A model generated the notes under the pieces. The model was not told the origin of the DNA and made no database searches. It was given only the letters and a program-made list of their open reading frames with translations. From positions 1 to 63,305 of the forward strand of contig CADBEI010000014.1 in the NCBI GenBank assembly GCA_902793695.1: DNA of 63,305 nt. Direction: 5' to 3'. Every line of letters starts with the position of its first letter. Position 1 is the stretch's first letter. The position numbers and the translations under genes are program-made. Shown here one piece after another: positions 9,191 through 17,477 of the stretch. This DNA comes from an uncultured Pseudomonadota bacterium. GTDB taxonomy: Bacteria; Pseudomonadota; Alphaproteobacteria; RF32; CAG-239.

Positions 9191-10579
9191 ATGAAAAGAG
9201 AAAATTTTTCGAGCAAATGGGGTTTTATTTTAACCGCTGCCGGTTCCGCTGTCGGTTTGGGAAATATCTGGCGTTTTCCGTATTTGTGCGGACAATACGG
9301 CGGTTTGAGCTTTATTTTGGTGTATCTGTTGATTTTGTTGCTGATCTGCAATCCGTTGATGGTGGCGGAAATTTCCATCGGCCGTACCGCCAAAAGCAAC
9401 TGTATTGATTCTTATAGGCTAATCGGCGAACAAACCGGAATGAAACACTTGGGACTTTGGTCGTTTTTCGGCGGTTGGTTTTCGGCTTTCGGTGTGTTTT
9501 TGTGCCTCTCATTTTATTTTTTGGTGGCAAGCTGGGTGCTGTATTATTTTCTTGAGGCGGTCAGCGGCAAGTTGATGTTGATAAGCCAAAACAATCTTGA
9601 AAACGAGTTTCAATCGTTGACGCAGAACTTTACGATTCAATACAGCAGCGGTTTGATTTTCTTGTTGGCGACGGCTGTTGTGGTTATCGGCGGAGTGCGC
9701 AAAGGCATTGAGAAAACCGGACTTTATCTGATGCCGGTTTTGTTCTTGATATTTATTCTGTTGAGTGTGCGGGCGCTAACCTTAAACGGAGCAGAGAAGG
9801 GGATTGATTTTCTGCTGACGATTGATAAGACGCATTTGGGATTTACGGCCGACGGTTTCCGTTGGACGCCGCTGTTTAAAACCTTTACCGCCGCTTTGGG
9901 ACAGGCCTTTATTTCGCTGTCGCTCGGCTTTGGCATTTTGTTGGTTTACGGCTCCTATTTTTCGCCGCGGGAGAATTTGTTTAAGTCGGTGCGCAGTATT
10001 GAATTTTTTGATACGATGGCGGCGCTTTTGAGTGCGATAATCATTATACCGGCAATTTTTTCCGCCGGAATGTCGGCAGAATCCGGTCCGGGGCTGACGT
10101 TTATCAGCCTGCCTTTAGTCTTTCAACAATTAAACGGAGGACACTTCTGGGCATTGGCTTTTTATTTGCTGCTGATGTTGGCGACCGTAACTTCGACGGT
10201 TTCGCTGTTTGAAATGCCGACCAATTTGTTTATTGATAAGCTGAAAGTTTCGCGTTTTACGGCGGCTTTGTTGGTAATGCTGATTTCCGGCTTGGGCTTT
10301 ACGGCAGTAACGGCCTCATTTTCCGGCCTGTTAGATTGGAAGATTTTCGGACGCGATTTGTTCACGTTTGCCGATTGGCTGGCCTCGACATATACGGCGA
10401 CGATTGTATCGCTGACGATGGCGCTGTTTGTGGGCTATAAGGCGATGAAACCGATTATCCATAACATTCGCCGCAGTGCACACGTATCGAGCGGTTTTAC
10501 CCGTTATTTTCTGGTAACATTGCGCTATATTGCTCCGCTCGGATTGGGCTTGCTTTTGATAATGGCCGTGTTTAACTGA
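9191..10579 (+). CDS. sodium-dependent neurotransmitter:sodium symporter (SNF/NSS) family transporter
   Basis: 'GSAVGLGNIWRFPYLCGQYGG' NSS signature, with about 11-12 TM segments. Confidence 0.9.
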   Translation: MKRENFSSKWGFILTAAGSAVGLGNIWRFPYLCGQYGGLSFILVYLLILLLICNPLMVAEISIGRTAKSNCIDSYRLIGEQTGMKHLGLWSFFGGWFSAFGVFLCLSFYFLVASWVLYYFLEAVSGKLMLISQNNLENEFQSLTQNFTIQYSSGLIFLLATAVVVIGGVRKGIEKTGLYLMPVLFLIFILLSVRALTLNGAEKGIDFLLTIDKTHLGFTADGFRWTPLFKTFTAALGQAFISLSLGFGILLVYGSYFSPRENLFKSVRSIEFFDTMAALLSAIIIIPAIFSAGMSAESGPGLTFISLPLVFQQLNGGHFWALAFYLLLMLATVTSTVSLFEMPTNLFIDKLKVSRFTAALLVMLISGLGFTAVTASFSGLLDWKIFGRDLFTFADWLASTYTATIVSLTMALFVGYKAMKPIIHNIRRSAHVSSGFTRYFLVTLRYIAPLGLGLLLIMAVFN

Positions 10580-10614
10580 GTGCGGTTTATCCGGATATTT
10601 TACTCATATAAAAA

Positions 10615-10637
10615 AAGGCTCTCCACCGAGAGCCTTA
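10615..10637. terminator. hairpin after the SNF transporter gene (bidirectional appearance)
   Basis: Stem aggctctc/gagagcct with loop cacc. An A-run lies upstream, which gives a T-run on the minus strand. The T-tract on the plus strand is poor. Confidence 0.5.
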
Positions 10638-10649
10638 AATTGTATTATG

Positions 10650-10709
10650 TTGATACAAAAAAATATGCAGCTTAAAAATGTTGCAAAAAAAATTTTAGTT
10701 TGTTATTCT
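10650..10709 (+). promoter_or_regulatory. two tandem sigma70-like promoter candidates
   Basis: TTGATA (10650) with a 17-nt spacer and TAAAAA (10673). TTGCAA (10681) with a 17-nt spacer and TATTCT (10704). Confidence 0.4.
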
Positions 10710-10715
10710 AATTTC

Positions 10716-10983
10716 AGCCGAAATTTTCGGTTAGTACCTAAATAAAAAGGTGCGGGCTGTCGTAAGCCTATATTGGTATCGGTGTTAGGGTATAACATCG
10801 TTAAGTTGTCGGTTATTTGTAGCAACCGACGGCAAATATATCCCCGATTCATAGCAATATGGTCGGGGAGCTTTTAGCGTATGTCCAAAAATCACAAGTG
10901 GTTTGAAAGGCTAAAAGAATCATTGATACCAATATGATTTACGAACTCTCCGACCACCTTATTTATTTAAGGTGGATTTTTTT
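10716..10983 (+). ncRNA. unclassified hairpin-rich structured RNA, possibly a cis-regulatory leader of the downstream islet
   Basis: An 11-bp perfect long-range helix (10770-10780 with 10925-10935) extends to 16 bp with G-U pairs. It encloses three hairpins: 10808-10830, 10841-10869, and 10871-10878 with 10910-10917. An alternative 10-bp pairing joins 10861-10870 to 10946-10955. An 8-bp terminator (10954-10961 with 10968-10975) plus T-run ends 24 nt before the next start codon. Confidence 0.45.
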
Positions 10984-11006
10984 ATGGTGTGAAAGGGGAT
11001 ACGATT

Positions 11007-11699
11007 ATGAGTAATAGTGAAGAAATAAAAAAATTTCTACAGGAAGAAATAGAGCAGATGCAACAATCTATAGGCGGGGTAAAACATAATAATTACTACT
11101 ATAATGATAGTGATAATCAATGTTATTATGAAGGAGTAGATACCGACGATAGAGATTGTTCTTATTATGAAGATGCTTACTATAATATAATTGATATGAT
11201 TGATAGACAGTATGAAGAAATGGAAGATGCATATTATGATTTGGAAGAGTTTTATGCAAATCAAGAATTTTTAATAGAGCCAGTGAAAACAGAATTGCAA
11301 AAAGCAAAAGAATTCAGAATGTCTCAAGAATATCAAAAAGCCATTGCTATATGTGATGATTTACTTAAGAAAAATGAAAATAATCGTTATGCGGTTGACT
11401 TAAAAATAGCTGCTCTTGGAGATATAGGTAGTCCTGAAGCTTACAATTTAGCAATTTTTTATATGAAAAAATATGCACGTAAATTAGATTATATACACAC
11501 AATGTTTGGTTTATTGCAAAAAATGCATTCTAGAAAGGATGAATTCATCAAAGCTCTTTATAAATATTGTCCTGAATGTCTCGAAGTCTATGTAGAAAAC
11601 TTAGGAGAGAATAATCCGAAGCGAACATATCTGAAAGAATTGATGAGGTTAGTAAATAAATCTCAAATCAATAATCTAACCAACCCCGAAGGAGACTAA
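11007..11699 (+). CDS. hypothetical protein (acidic Tyr/Asp-rich N-terminus, helical-repeat-like C-terminus)
   Basis: ORF in an AT-rich islet. ATG at 11007 follows RBS gaaagggga. Codon usage differs from the neighbouring genes. Confidence 0.6.
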   Translation: MSNSEEIKKFLQEEIEQMQQSIGGVKHNNYYYNDSDNQCYYEGVDTDDRDCSYYEDAYYNIIDMIDRQYEEMEDAYYDLEEFYANQEFLIEPVKTELQKAKEFRMSQEYQKAIAICDDLLKKNENNRYAVDLKIAALGDIGSPEAYNLAIFYMKKYARKLDYIHTMFGLLQKMHSRKDEFIKALYKYCPECLEVYVENLGENNPKRTYLKELMRLVNKSQINNLTNPEGD

Positions 11700-11700
11700 A

Positions 11701-12606
11701 ATGAAGAAAATTACAGTGATTATTGCTAGTATGGCGGCAATTTTATGTATCGGCGGCATCGGTGCTTATGCATATATGAACAGCAACACATTTTTAATCA
11801 ACAAATATATCAAAACATGCTCGGTAGAAGCACCAAATTCACCTGATTATTGCAAATGCAAAGCATATTTTAACAGTGAATATAATAAGGATATATTCAA
11901 ACAATTGGCTTATGCCGATAAAGTAGCGCATAGCGGAATAATAAGTTCTCTCCCTTTGGATAAAAAAGATGCTTATTATAAGCAAGTAAGCCGTTGCTAT
12001 CATTATTTGAGTGATGACGATTATTTGGCAAATTTTGAATATCCGTTTTCTAAATCAGAAGAATGCGTCAAAGAAGCATTTTATAAAATGCCACAATATC
12101 AACGCTGGTATATTAAAACGCATAACAAAGATGAAAATGACAGTAAGTTAGTGAAAATTGGTAATTTCTACTCGATATTAACTACTAAATGCTTGAAGAA
12201 ATATGATTCCGATGAAGAATATAAAAAATATCTCGTATATAATTATTTTTTGGAAAATAATGGCTTACCGAATGGCAGTTTTGAAAAATGTATCAACCAA
12301 TTATCTCGTGAAGAAATGGAAGCATATAATGAGAATGACATAAAAGCCCTTATAAAGGTTGAGGATTGCATATTCTCCGAATATAGCGTAGATGAAATTA
12401 TTTCAACAACAGCCAAGGCGAAAATTATGCTTATGGAAGAAAATGCAAAAAAGAAAATGAGTGACTACGGAAAAAACATCATACGCAAAAAAGTTCTTAA
12501 ATGTATGGAAGATAAAATCAGCAAATTATCAAAAGAAGAATTACAAAAATTTAAGGATAATGCACCTGATTCTGAAATTTTGCAAAGTTGTATTGATGAA
12601 AATTAA
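11701..12606 (+). CDS. hypothetical membrane-anchored, Cys-containing protein
   Basis: N-terminal TM 'ITVIIASMAAILCIGGIGAYAY'. AT-rich, and starts 1 nt after the previous stop codon. Confidence 0.6.
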   Translation: MKKITVIIASMAAILCIGGIGAYAYMNSNTFLINKYIKTCSVEAPNSPDYCKCKAYFNSEYNKDIFKQLAYADKVAHSGIISSLPLDKKDAYYKQVSRCYHYLSDDDYLANFEYPFSKSEECVKEAFYKMPQYQRWYIKTHNKDENDSKLVKIGNFYSILTTKCLKKYDSDEEYKKYLVYNYFLENNGLPNGSFEKCINQLSREEMEAYNENDIKALIKVEDCIFSEYSVDEIISTTAKAKIMLMEENAKKKMSDYGKNIIRKKVLKCMEDKISKLSKEELQKFKDNAPDSEILQSCIDEN

Positions 12607-12611
12607 ATATT

Positions 12612-12645
12612 AGCCCCGTACCTCTTCTGGTACGGGGCTGTTTTG
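12612..12645. terminator. intrinsic terminator between convergent genes
   Basis: 11-bp perfect stem agccccgtacc/ggtacggggct, then gttttgtg. Confidence 0.75.
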
Positions 12646-12662
12646 TGCAATGACGGACAATA

Positions 12663-13208
12663 TTATTTTTGTATATCTGCCAGAACTTTCATCGAAACAA
12701 TAACGTCCGGATTTGTAACCGTACCGTTGTCGGCCGGATCGCCACGTTTAATGTTGTCTACAAATTCCATACCTTTGATAACCTGTCCCCAAACGGTGTA
12801 TTGACCGTCCAGAAAACCGGCATCCTTAAAGCAGATAAAGAACTGGCTGTCGGCAGAATCCGGATTGGCGGCTCTGGCCATCGAAACCGTGCCGCGTCCG
12901 TGGTGCTTGTTGTTAAATTCGGCCTTGAGGTTTTGCCCGCTGCCGCCGGTACCGTTACCGCGCGGGTCGCCGGTTTGCGCCATAAATCCGTCAATCACGC
13001 GGTGGAATTTTAAGCCGTCGTAAAAGCCCTGACGTACCAGTTCCTTAATGCGCGCCACATGATTCGGTGCCACATCCGGATATGTTTGAATATAAACATC
13101 GCCGTCTTTGAGTTTAAGCACAATCACGTCTTCCGGATTAACCTCTTGCGCCGAGGTGTTGAAAGAGGCTAAAAATAGCGCCATACAAGCAAGTAGAAGT
13201 TTTTTCAT
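12663..13208 (-). CDS. ppiA: periplasmic cyclophilin-type peptidyl-prolyl isomerase
   Basis: 'FHRVIDGFMAQTGDP.GNGTGG', 'GTVSMARAANPDSADSQFFI', plus a signal peptide. Confidence 0.92.
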   Translation of the reverse strand: MKKLLLACMALFLASFNTSAQEVNPEDVIVLKLKDGDVYIQTYPDVAPNHVARIKELVRQGFYDGLKFHRVIDGFMAQTGDPRGNGTGGSGQNLKAEFNNKHHGRGTVSMARAANPDSADSQFFICFKDAGFLDGQYTVWGQVIKGMEFVDNIKRGDPADNGTVTNPDVIVSMKVLADIQK

Positions 13209-13232
13209 AAGTTTTCCTTTCTTTGGTTAAAG

Positions 13233-14981
13233 TTATTGCGGTAAGGATTTTACGCTGAAAAACAGCGGTAAAATCTCGTATTTGCCTTGATGATAATACA
13301 CATAAAGCGGAATGGCGTCGCGTCCGTAAGACGAAAGCGCAGTTCCCAAATCTTCCTGATGTTCGGTTAAATCGGCCACAAATAATGCCACATTATTTTC
13401 TTGCACAAATTCCTTAAATCTTTGACTTTTCAAAATAAATCTCTCATTAAACTGGCAAGTCAAACACCAATCGGCGGTAAAGTCTACAAAAATATTGCGC
13501 CCTTGCTCGTTAAGTTCGGCAATTTTCTCGGCATCAAACGGTTGCCAATCAAGTTCTGTGGTGTCGGCGGCATAAGTATCGGTCATAATTTGCGTATAAA
13601 AAATGGAACCAAGCCAAATCGCCGTAATCAGAATCGGCACGGAGAGAATGATTTTCAGCTTTTGCATCCAAGCTCCCGGCTTCGGCAAAATTCGGTGCAA
13701 AGCCTGCGGAAACATCTCAATCAGAGCATAGGGCAGGGCATAACCGAGCGCTAATGCCGTAAAAATTGCCATAACTTCGGCGTTGGTGCGCATAAAGGCA
13801 TAGCCGATGGCCGCCCCCATAAACGGACCGGCACACGGACTGGCTACCAATACCGCAAAAAATCCGGTGGTAAATTCGTTAAAGCCGGACAGACGATGAA
13901 TGGTATTGCCTGCAAAATTCGGAAAATGCAGAATGTCGGCCATAAATAAAAACAACAGCAAAAATATTATGGACATAATCCCCACAAACCACGATGATTG
14001 CAGTTGAAAACCCCAGCCGATGTTATTGCCTTCGGTTTTCAGCCAAAGCATAATCACTGCCAGAACAATAAATGACAACAGCACTCCGAGCGTGTAGAAA
14101 ACGGCATTTTTATAAGGCGTTATTCCGGTTTGCGGCTGTTTCAAAAGCGTAAATATTTTCAGGCTCAAAATCGGAAACACGCAAGGCATGGCATTGAGAA
14201 TAATGCCGCCGATAAAAGCCAAAATAATCATATACAGCAGAGTATCCGTGAGCGTGCTTTTATATTCTATATCCGCCAAATAAGCATTATTCGGAGTAAT
14301 AATCAGAGCCTGTTTGAGTTGTTGCGGCTTATCCGATTGCCATTTAACGCTTATACCTTCGGCATTCGGCTCGGTTTCAATACTCATTTCATCAATAATA
14401 TCTTTTTTCGTCGGGGCAAAATAGAGAGGTGTTTGCGCATCCATATTCAACTGTAAGCGATTTTCACCGAGCGGGCTGGTTAAGGTTATTTTTTGCGGAA
14501 AAGTAGCTTGTGCCCGTTGTTGCATTTCCAGCCATTGTACATCAGGCGATGCCGCGATTTCCGCCATCTTAAAGGTTAGAGATTCCGGCTTGCAAACATC
14601 ATTACATTCCACAAAGCTGAAGGTTATTTCCGCCTTATCGAGATTATCGACCTGCAAAGCATAATAAGCAGTGTTTTCATACAGATATTCGTGCATAATG
14701 TCATAGATAGTGCGCGCCACCGGAATTGATTGAGCCGTTACTTCAATTTTGGAATTGATAGCCGTGACTTCGGTAGGTTGACCTACATCGCCGGGATTGC
14801 TCCACGAAATATGCCAATCCGGCTGCATCACAAACTCGGCCAACACCTTATCTTCGCCGTTATGATAAAGGCGGATGGTGGTATTTTCCGTACTTTTAAT
14901 CGCGTCATCTGCGTATGCGGCAGAAAAACTCAACAAACCATATAGAAGCGCAAAAACCAGACATATCTTATTTTTCATCAT
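13233..14981 (-). CDS. dsbD: DsbD/ScsB-family thiol:disulfide interchange (protein-disulfide reductase) protein
   Basis: N-domain 'ECNDVCKP', membrane cysteines 'MPCVFP' and 'ASPCAGP', C-terminal thioredoxin 'WCLTCQ'. Confidence 0.85.
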   Translation of the reverse strand: MMKNKICLVFALLYGLLSFSAAYADDAIKSTENTTIRLYHNGEDKVLAEFVMQPDWHISWSNPGDVGQPTEVTAINSKIEVTAQSIPVARTIYDIMHEYLYENTAYYALQVDNLDKAEITFSFVECNDVCKPESLTFKMAEIAASPDVQWLEMQQRAQATFPQKITLTSPLGENRLQLNMDAQTPLYFAPTKKDIIDEMSIETEPNAEGISVKWQSDKPQQLKQALIITPNNAYLADIEYKSTLTDTLLYMIILAFIGGIILNAMPCVFPILSLKIFTLLKQPQTGITPYKNAVFYTLGVLLSFIVLAVIMLWLKTEGNNIGWGFQLQSSWFVGIMSIIFLLLFLFMADILHFPNFAGNTIHRLSGFNEFTTGFFAVLVASPCAGPFMGAAIGYAFMRTNAEVMAIFTALALGYALPYALIEMFPQALHRILPKPGAWMQKLKIILSVPILITAIWLGSIFYTQIMTDTYAADTTELDWQPFDAEKIAELNEQGRNIFVDFTADWCLTCQFNERFILKSQRFKEFVQENNVALFVADLTEHQEDLGTALSSYGRDAIPLYVYYHQGKYEILPLFFSVKSLPQ

Positions 14982-15104
14982 TTACCCCTTAATGATGATA
15001 TATTAATCCCAAAAGATAAATAAAATATTAGCGTAAATTATTTTGCCAAACGAAAATCATCGAATAAATTCGTTTTATATTTCGGCACTTAAATCGGGCA
15101 GAAA

Positions 15105-15755
15105 TCAATAAAAGAAAAATTCAAGATAGTTGTCTTTTATGTCGGAACACGCGTGAGCGGCTGCCTCTTTGAGCATAATTCCGTCTTTTGCACAATGAAT
15201 GGCCGAACCCATCCTGTTTATCGGAGTCGGAATACAGTTATTTTGCCGCAATTCCTGCGGAGCCGGAATGTTGATAACCACACCTATATAGCCGGTATCA
15301 TTTGTTGCATCCCACGGCGTGGTGGCCAATTCGATACAAGCCGGTTTCGGAATAAAGTCATAACGGAGGGCAAAAGCCGCTTTGTCGCCTTCTTTTAATT
15401 TATCGCTGTTGCGAATCTTTAAGCTGCCTTTGAACGGGTTTTTAAAGGCATACGGTTTGATAATATTACCTTTGGCATCGCGTATAAGATATTCCGGAGG
15501 AATAATATCGGCACCCACCATAACCGAGTTAACATCGGATTCATCGCCTCCCATGCCGCTGTAACTTTTTTGCCCGATGAAAGCCAAACGTATACGGGCA
15601 ATAATATGAGACATCTGGTTTACGGTATTATTAAGTCTGTATTTCATCATGGCTTTGGAATAACCGGCTATACCACCGACGGAAAGTACGCCGATTATGG
15701 CCAGTACACCTAGCATTTCTATCATCGAACGACCGATTTGCTGGCTTTTTTGCAT
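15105..15755 (-). CDS. type IV pilin-like (prepilin N-terminal cleavage/methylation domain) protein
   Basis: 'GRSMIEMLGVLAIIGVLSVGGIAGY' has a class III signal with Glu at +5. Cysteine pairs in the C-terminal part. Confidence 0.7.
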   Translation of the reverse strand: MQKSQQIGRSMIEMLGVLAIIGVLSVGGIAGYSKAMMKYRLNNTVNQMSHIIARIRLAFIGQKSYSGMGGDESDVNSVMVGADIIPPEYLIRDAKGNIIKPYAFKNPFKGSLKIRNSDKLKEGDKAAFALRYDFIPKPACIELATTPWDATNDTGYIGVVINIPAPQELRQNNCIPTPINRMGSAIHCAKDGIMLKEAAAHACSDIKDNYLEFFFY

Positions 15756-15890
15756 AGATAAATCCCTCCAACTGATTGAATTATATACGGTTTTTTGTGT
15801 ATGTAAAGTATTATGTTTTCAATTTATTAAAAAAATAAAAAAAGAAGCAATTTCTTGCCTCTTTTTTTTGTGCATATATCTTATCGCTTT

Positions 15891-17246
15891 TTAGCGTTGC
15901 TGAAGATTTTTTACAGCGTGTACGCTGTTAATATATTTTTGCTTCAAATCCTTCGAAGCCATATCGTAAGCACTGTGATTGCCGAGAGCACGCCCTATGC
16001 GTTTGCTTTGTAATGCGGCAATTTTCTTAACGCCGACACCGTTTTCTCCGGCAATTTTAATTGCTTCTTCAACAGCGGCTTGTTGTTCGGCGGATAATCT
16101 TTGCATACCGTTGACAACCGCATCCAAGGGCGAATTAAGCCCGTGTGCCTTATACATTAAATGTGTATAAGCAAAACGTTCGACGCTGACATTTTCCGGC
16201 ATTGTAAAAATACCGGCCTGTTGCTTGTTTTCTATTTTCTTATACAGGTCATTGAGGTCAATTTTGGCATCGGCCGCCTGAATTTCGTTTTTGGTATTAT
16301 AAAAGTTTTTCCAAATCTTCTGTTCAGCCGTCATTTCTGCCGCCACCGGAACAAATGCATCGGTTTTGATAGATGTATCTTGCTGTTTCGGTGCAGTATC
16401 TTTTTTGATTTCCAATCCGAAAGGGTTGCGAGAATCCTTTGCTGTGGAATCGGATTTAAATAAAGAAAGACCGGCCAGAGTGAAAAGGGTGGAAACAATG
16501 GCAACATCAGCCCAGTTGCTGCGACTCATTTTGACTGTTACGGCTTTTTTCGGCTTGAAACTTGCAACCATACCGTTCCACTTATTTTTAACCGATTGTG
16601 TAAATCTTTTCCAGAGAGGAGTTCTCTTTTCGGCAAAATTGGACAGCGGTATTGTGTCGATTTCATTCAATGCATTGGCAATATTTGTTGCATTGAGCTG
16701 ATTTTGAAATGTGCCGAAATAAGTTTTCAGTGTCGGAATTTCATCACGCGTAACTTCAATACTTCCCTTAAGAAAACCGGCCGCATAATTCTCGGCTTCG
16801 CTTTCGAAAATATACTGTTTTTGATAGTCTTTTTCACTATGATACCAACCATCGGACAATCTGCGGTTTAAGCTGTTATATTTGTTGATTCGGCGCTTCA
16901 TACCGGCAACCGAAATATGTTGTGTTTCCGGCTGTAGGTTAAACAGCTTCTGCCAATAATTACGTTTACTGTCAGCCAGATATTTTTTGACATCAAACAG
17001 AGAGCTTTTTTGTAATTTATTCAGTAAATGCTCACGGCGATAAGTGTCGGAAAATGTCTCAATGTATTGAGCCATAATCTTTTTATCTTTGTCACGCACA
17101 TCAATCCGTCCGTCGGCATAATCCTTCAATACGGATTCGCTTTGTTTAAGCGTTGCATTCAGTTTTTTGCTGTTGGTAATTTTATTTTTCAAACGGCGAT
17201 AATCAAAAATATCCCCTTTGAGTTTGGTTCCGCTGATGTAACTCAT
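15891..17246 (-). CDS. hypothetical protein with a central TM segment
   Basis: Long ORF. Start set at MSYISG (17246) after RBS gaggaa. TM 'VAIVSTLFTLAGLSLF'. Confidence 0.6.
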   Translation of the reverse strand: MSYISGTKLKGDIFDYRRLKNKITNSKKLNATLKQSESVLKDYADGRIDVRDKDKKIMAQYIETFSDTYRREHLLNKLQKSSLFDVKKYLADSKRNYWQKLFNLQPETQHISVAGMKRRINKYNSLNRRLSDGWYHSEKDYQKQYIFESEAENYAAGFLKGSIEVTRDEIPTLKTYFGTFQNQLNATNIANALNEIDTIPLSNFAEKRTPLWKRFTQSVKNKWNGMVASFKPKKAVTVKMSRSNWADVAIVSTLFTLAGLSLFKSDSTAKDSRNPFGLEIKKDTAPKQQDTSIKTDAFVPVAAEMTAEQKIWKNFYNTKNEIQAADAKIDLNDLYKKIENKQQAGIFTMPENVSVERFAYTHLMYKAHGLNSPLDAVVNGMQRLSAEQQAAVEEAIKIAGENGVGVKKIAALQSKRIGRALGNHSAYDMASKDLKQKYINSVHAVKNLQQR

Positions 17247-17477
17247 TTTCTGTTCCTCTCTGTTATAGTATCGCATTATATAAAAACGGGCGCAAATATG
17301 ACCGTTCCTTAAACTCGTAAGGTCGGAATTAAACTCAAACCGAGATATTTGCACCAAAGCTGATTTTTAAGCAGTTCGTTCGGATACAATACGATAGATA
17401 ATTTTACGCAAATATAATGTATTAATTTGCATTATACATAAAAAAATTTATTTGTCAATATTATATTTAATAAATTT

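Noticed and set aside
9001-9408. 135-aa ORF bridging the end of ruvC and the start of the SNF transporter gene.
   Set aside because: It overlaps two well-supported genes in other frames. The translation is low-complexity and has no RBS.
10665-10745. 26-codon upstream ORF (MQLKNVAKKILVCYSNFSRNFRLVPK) that could be a leader peptide for the structured element.
   Set aside because: It has no RBS. It would lie partly upstream of the better-placed promoter candidate, and it shows no codon run typical of attenuation leader peptides.
10861-10958. tmRNA or tRNA-like gene. 5' ggtcggg pairs with 3' tccgacc, followed by 'acc'. It is located at the border of an AT-rich islet, a classic integration site.
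   Set aside because: I could build no canonical T-arm: 'tttacgaac' is not GTTCRANYC. There is no D-arm and no plausible tag reading frame ending in ..AA-stop. In alphaproteobacteria the permuted ssrA would place the coding piece downstream of the CCA end, whereas a terminator and a protein gene follow here. I kept it only as an unclassified structured RNA.
17405-17440. Inverted repeat 'tataatgta ttaatt tgcattata' resembling the AT-rich core of a dif/XerCD site.
   Set aside because: It does not match the dif arms I remember (GGTGCGCATAA / TTATGTTAAAT). It is more likely promoter or operator sequence of the divergent and adjacent genes.
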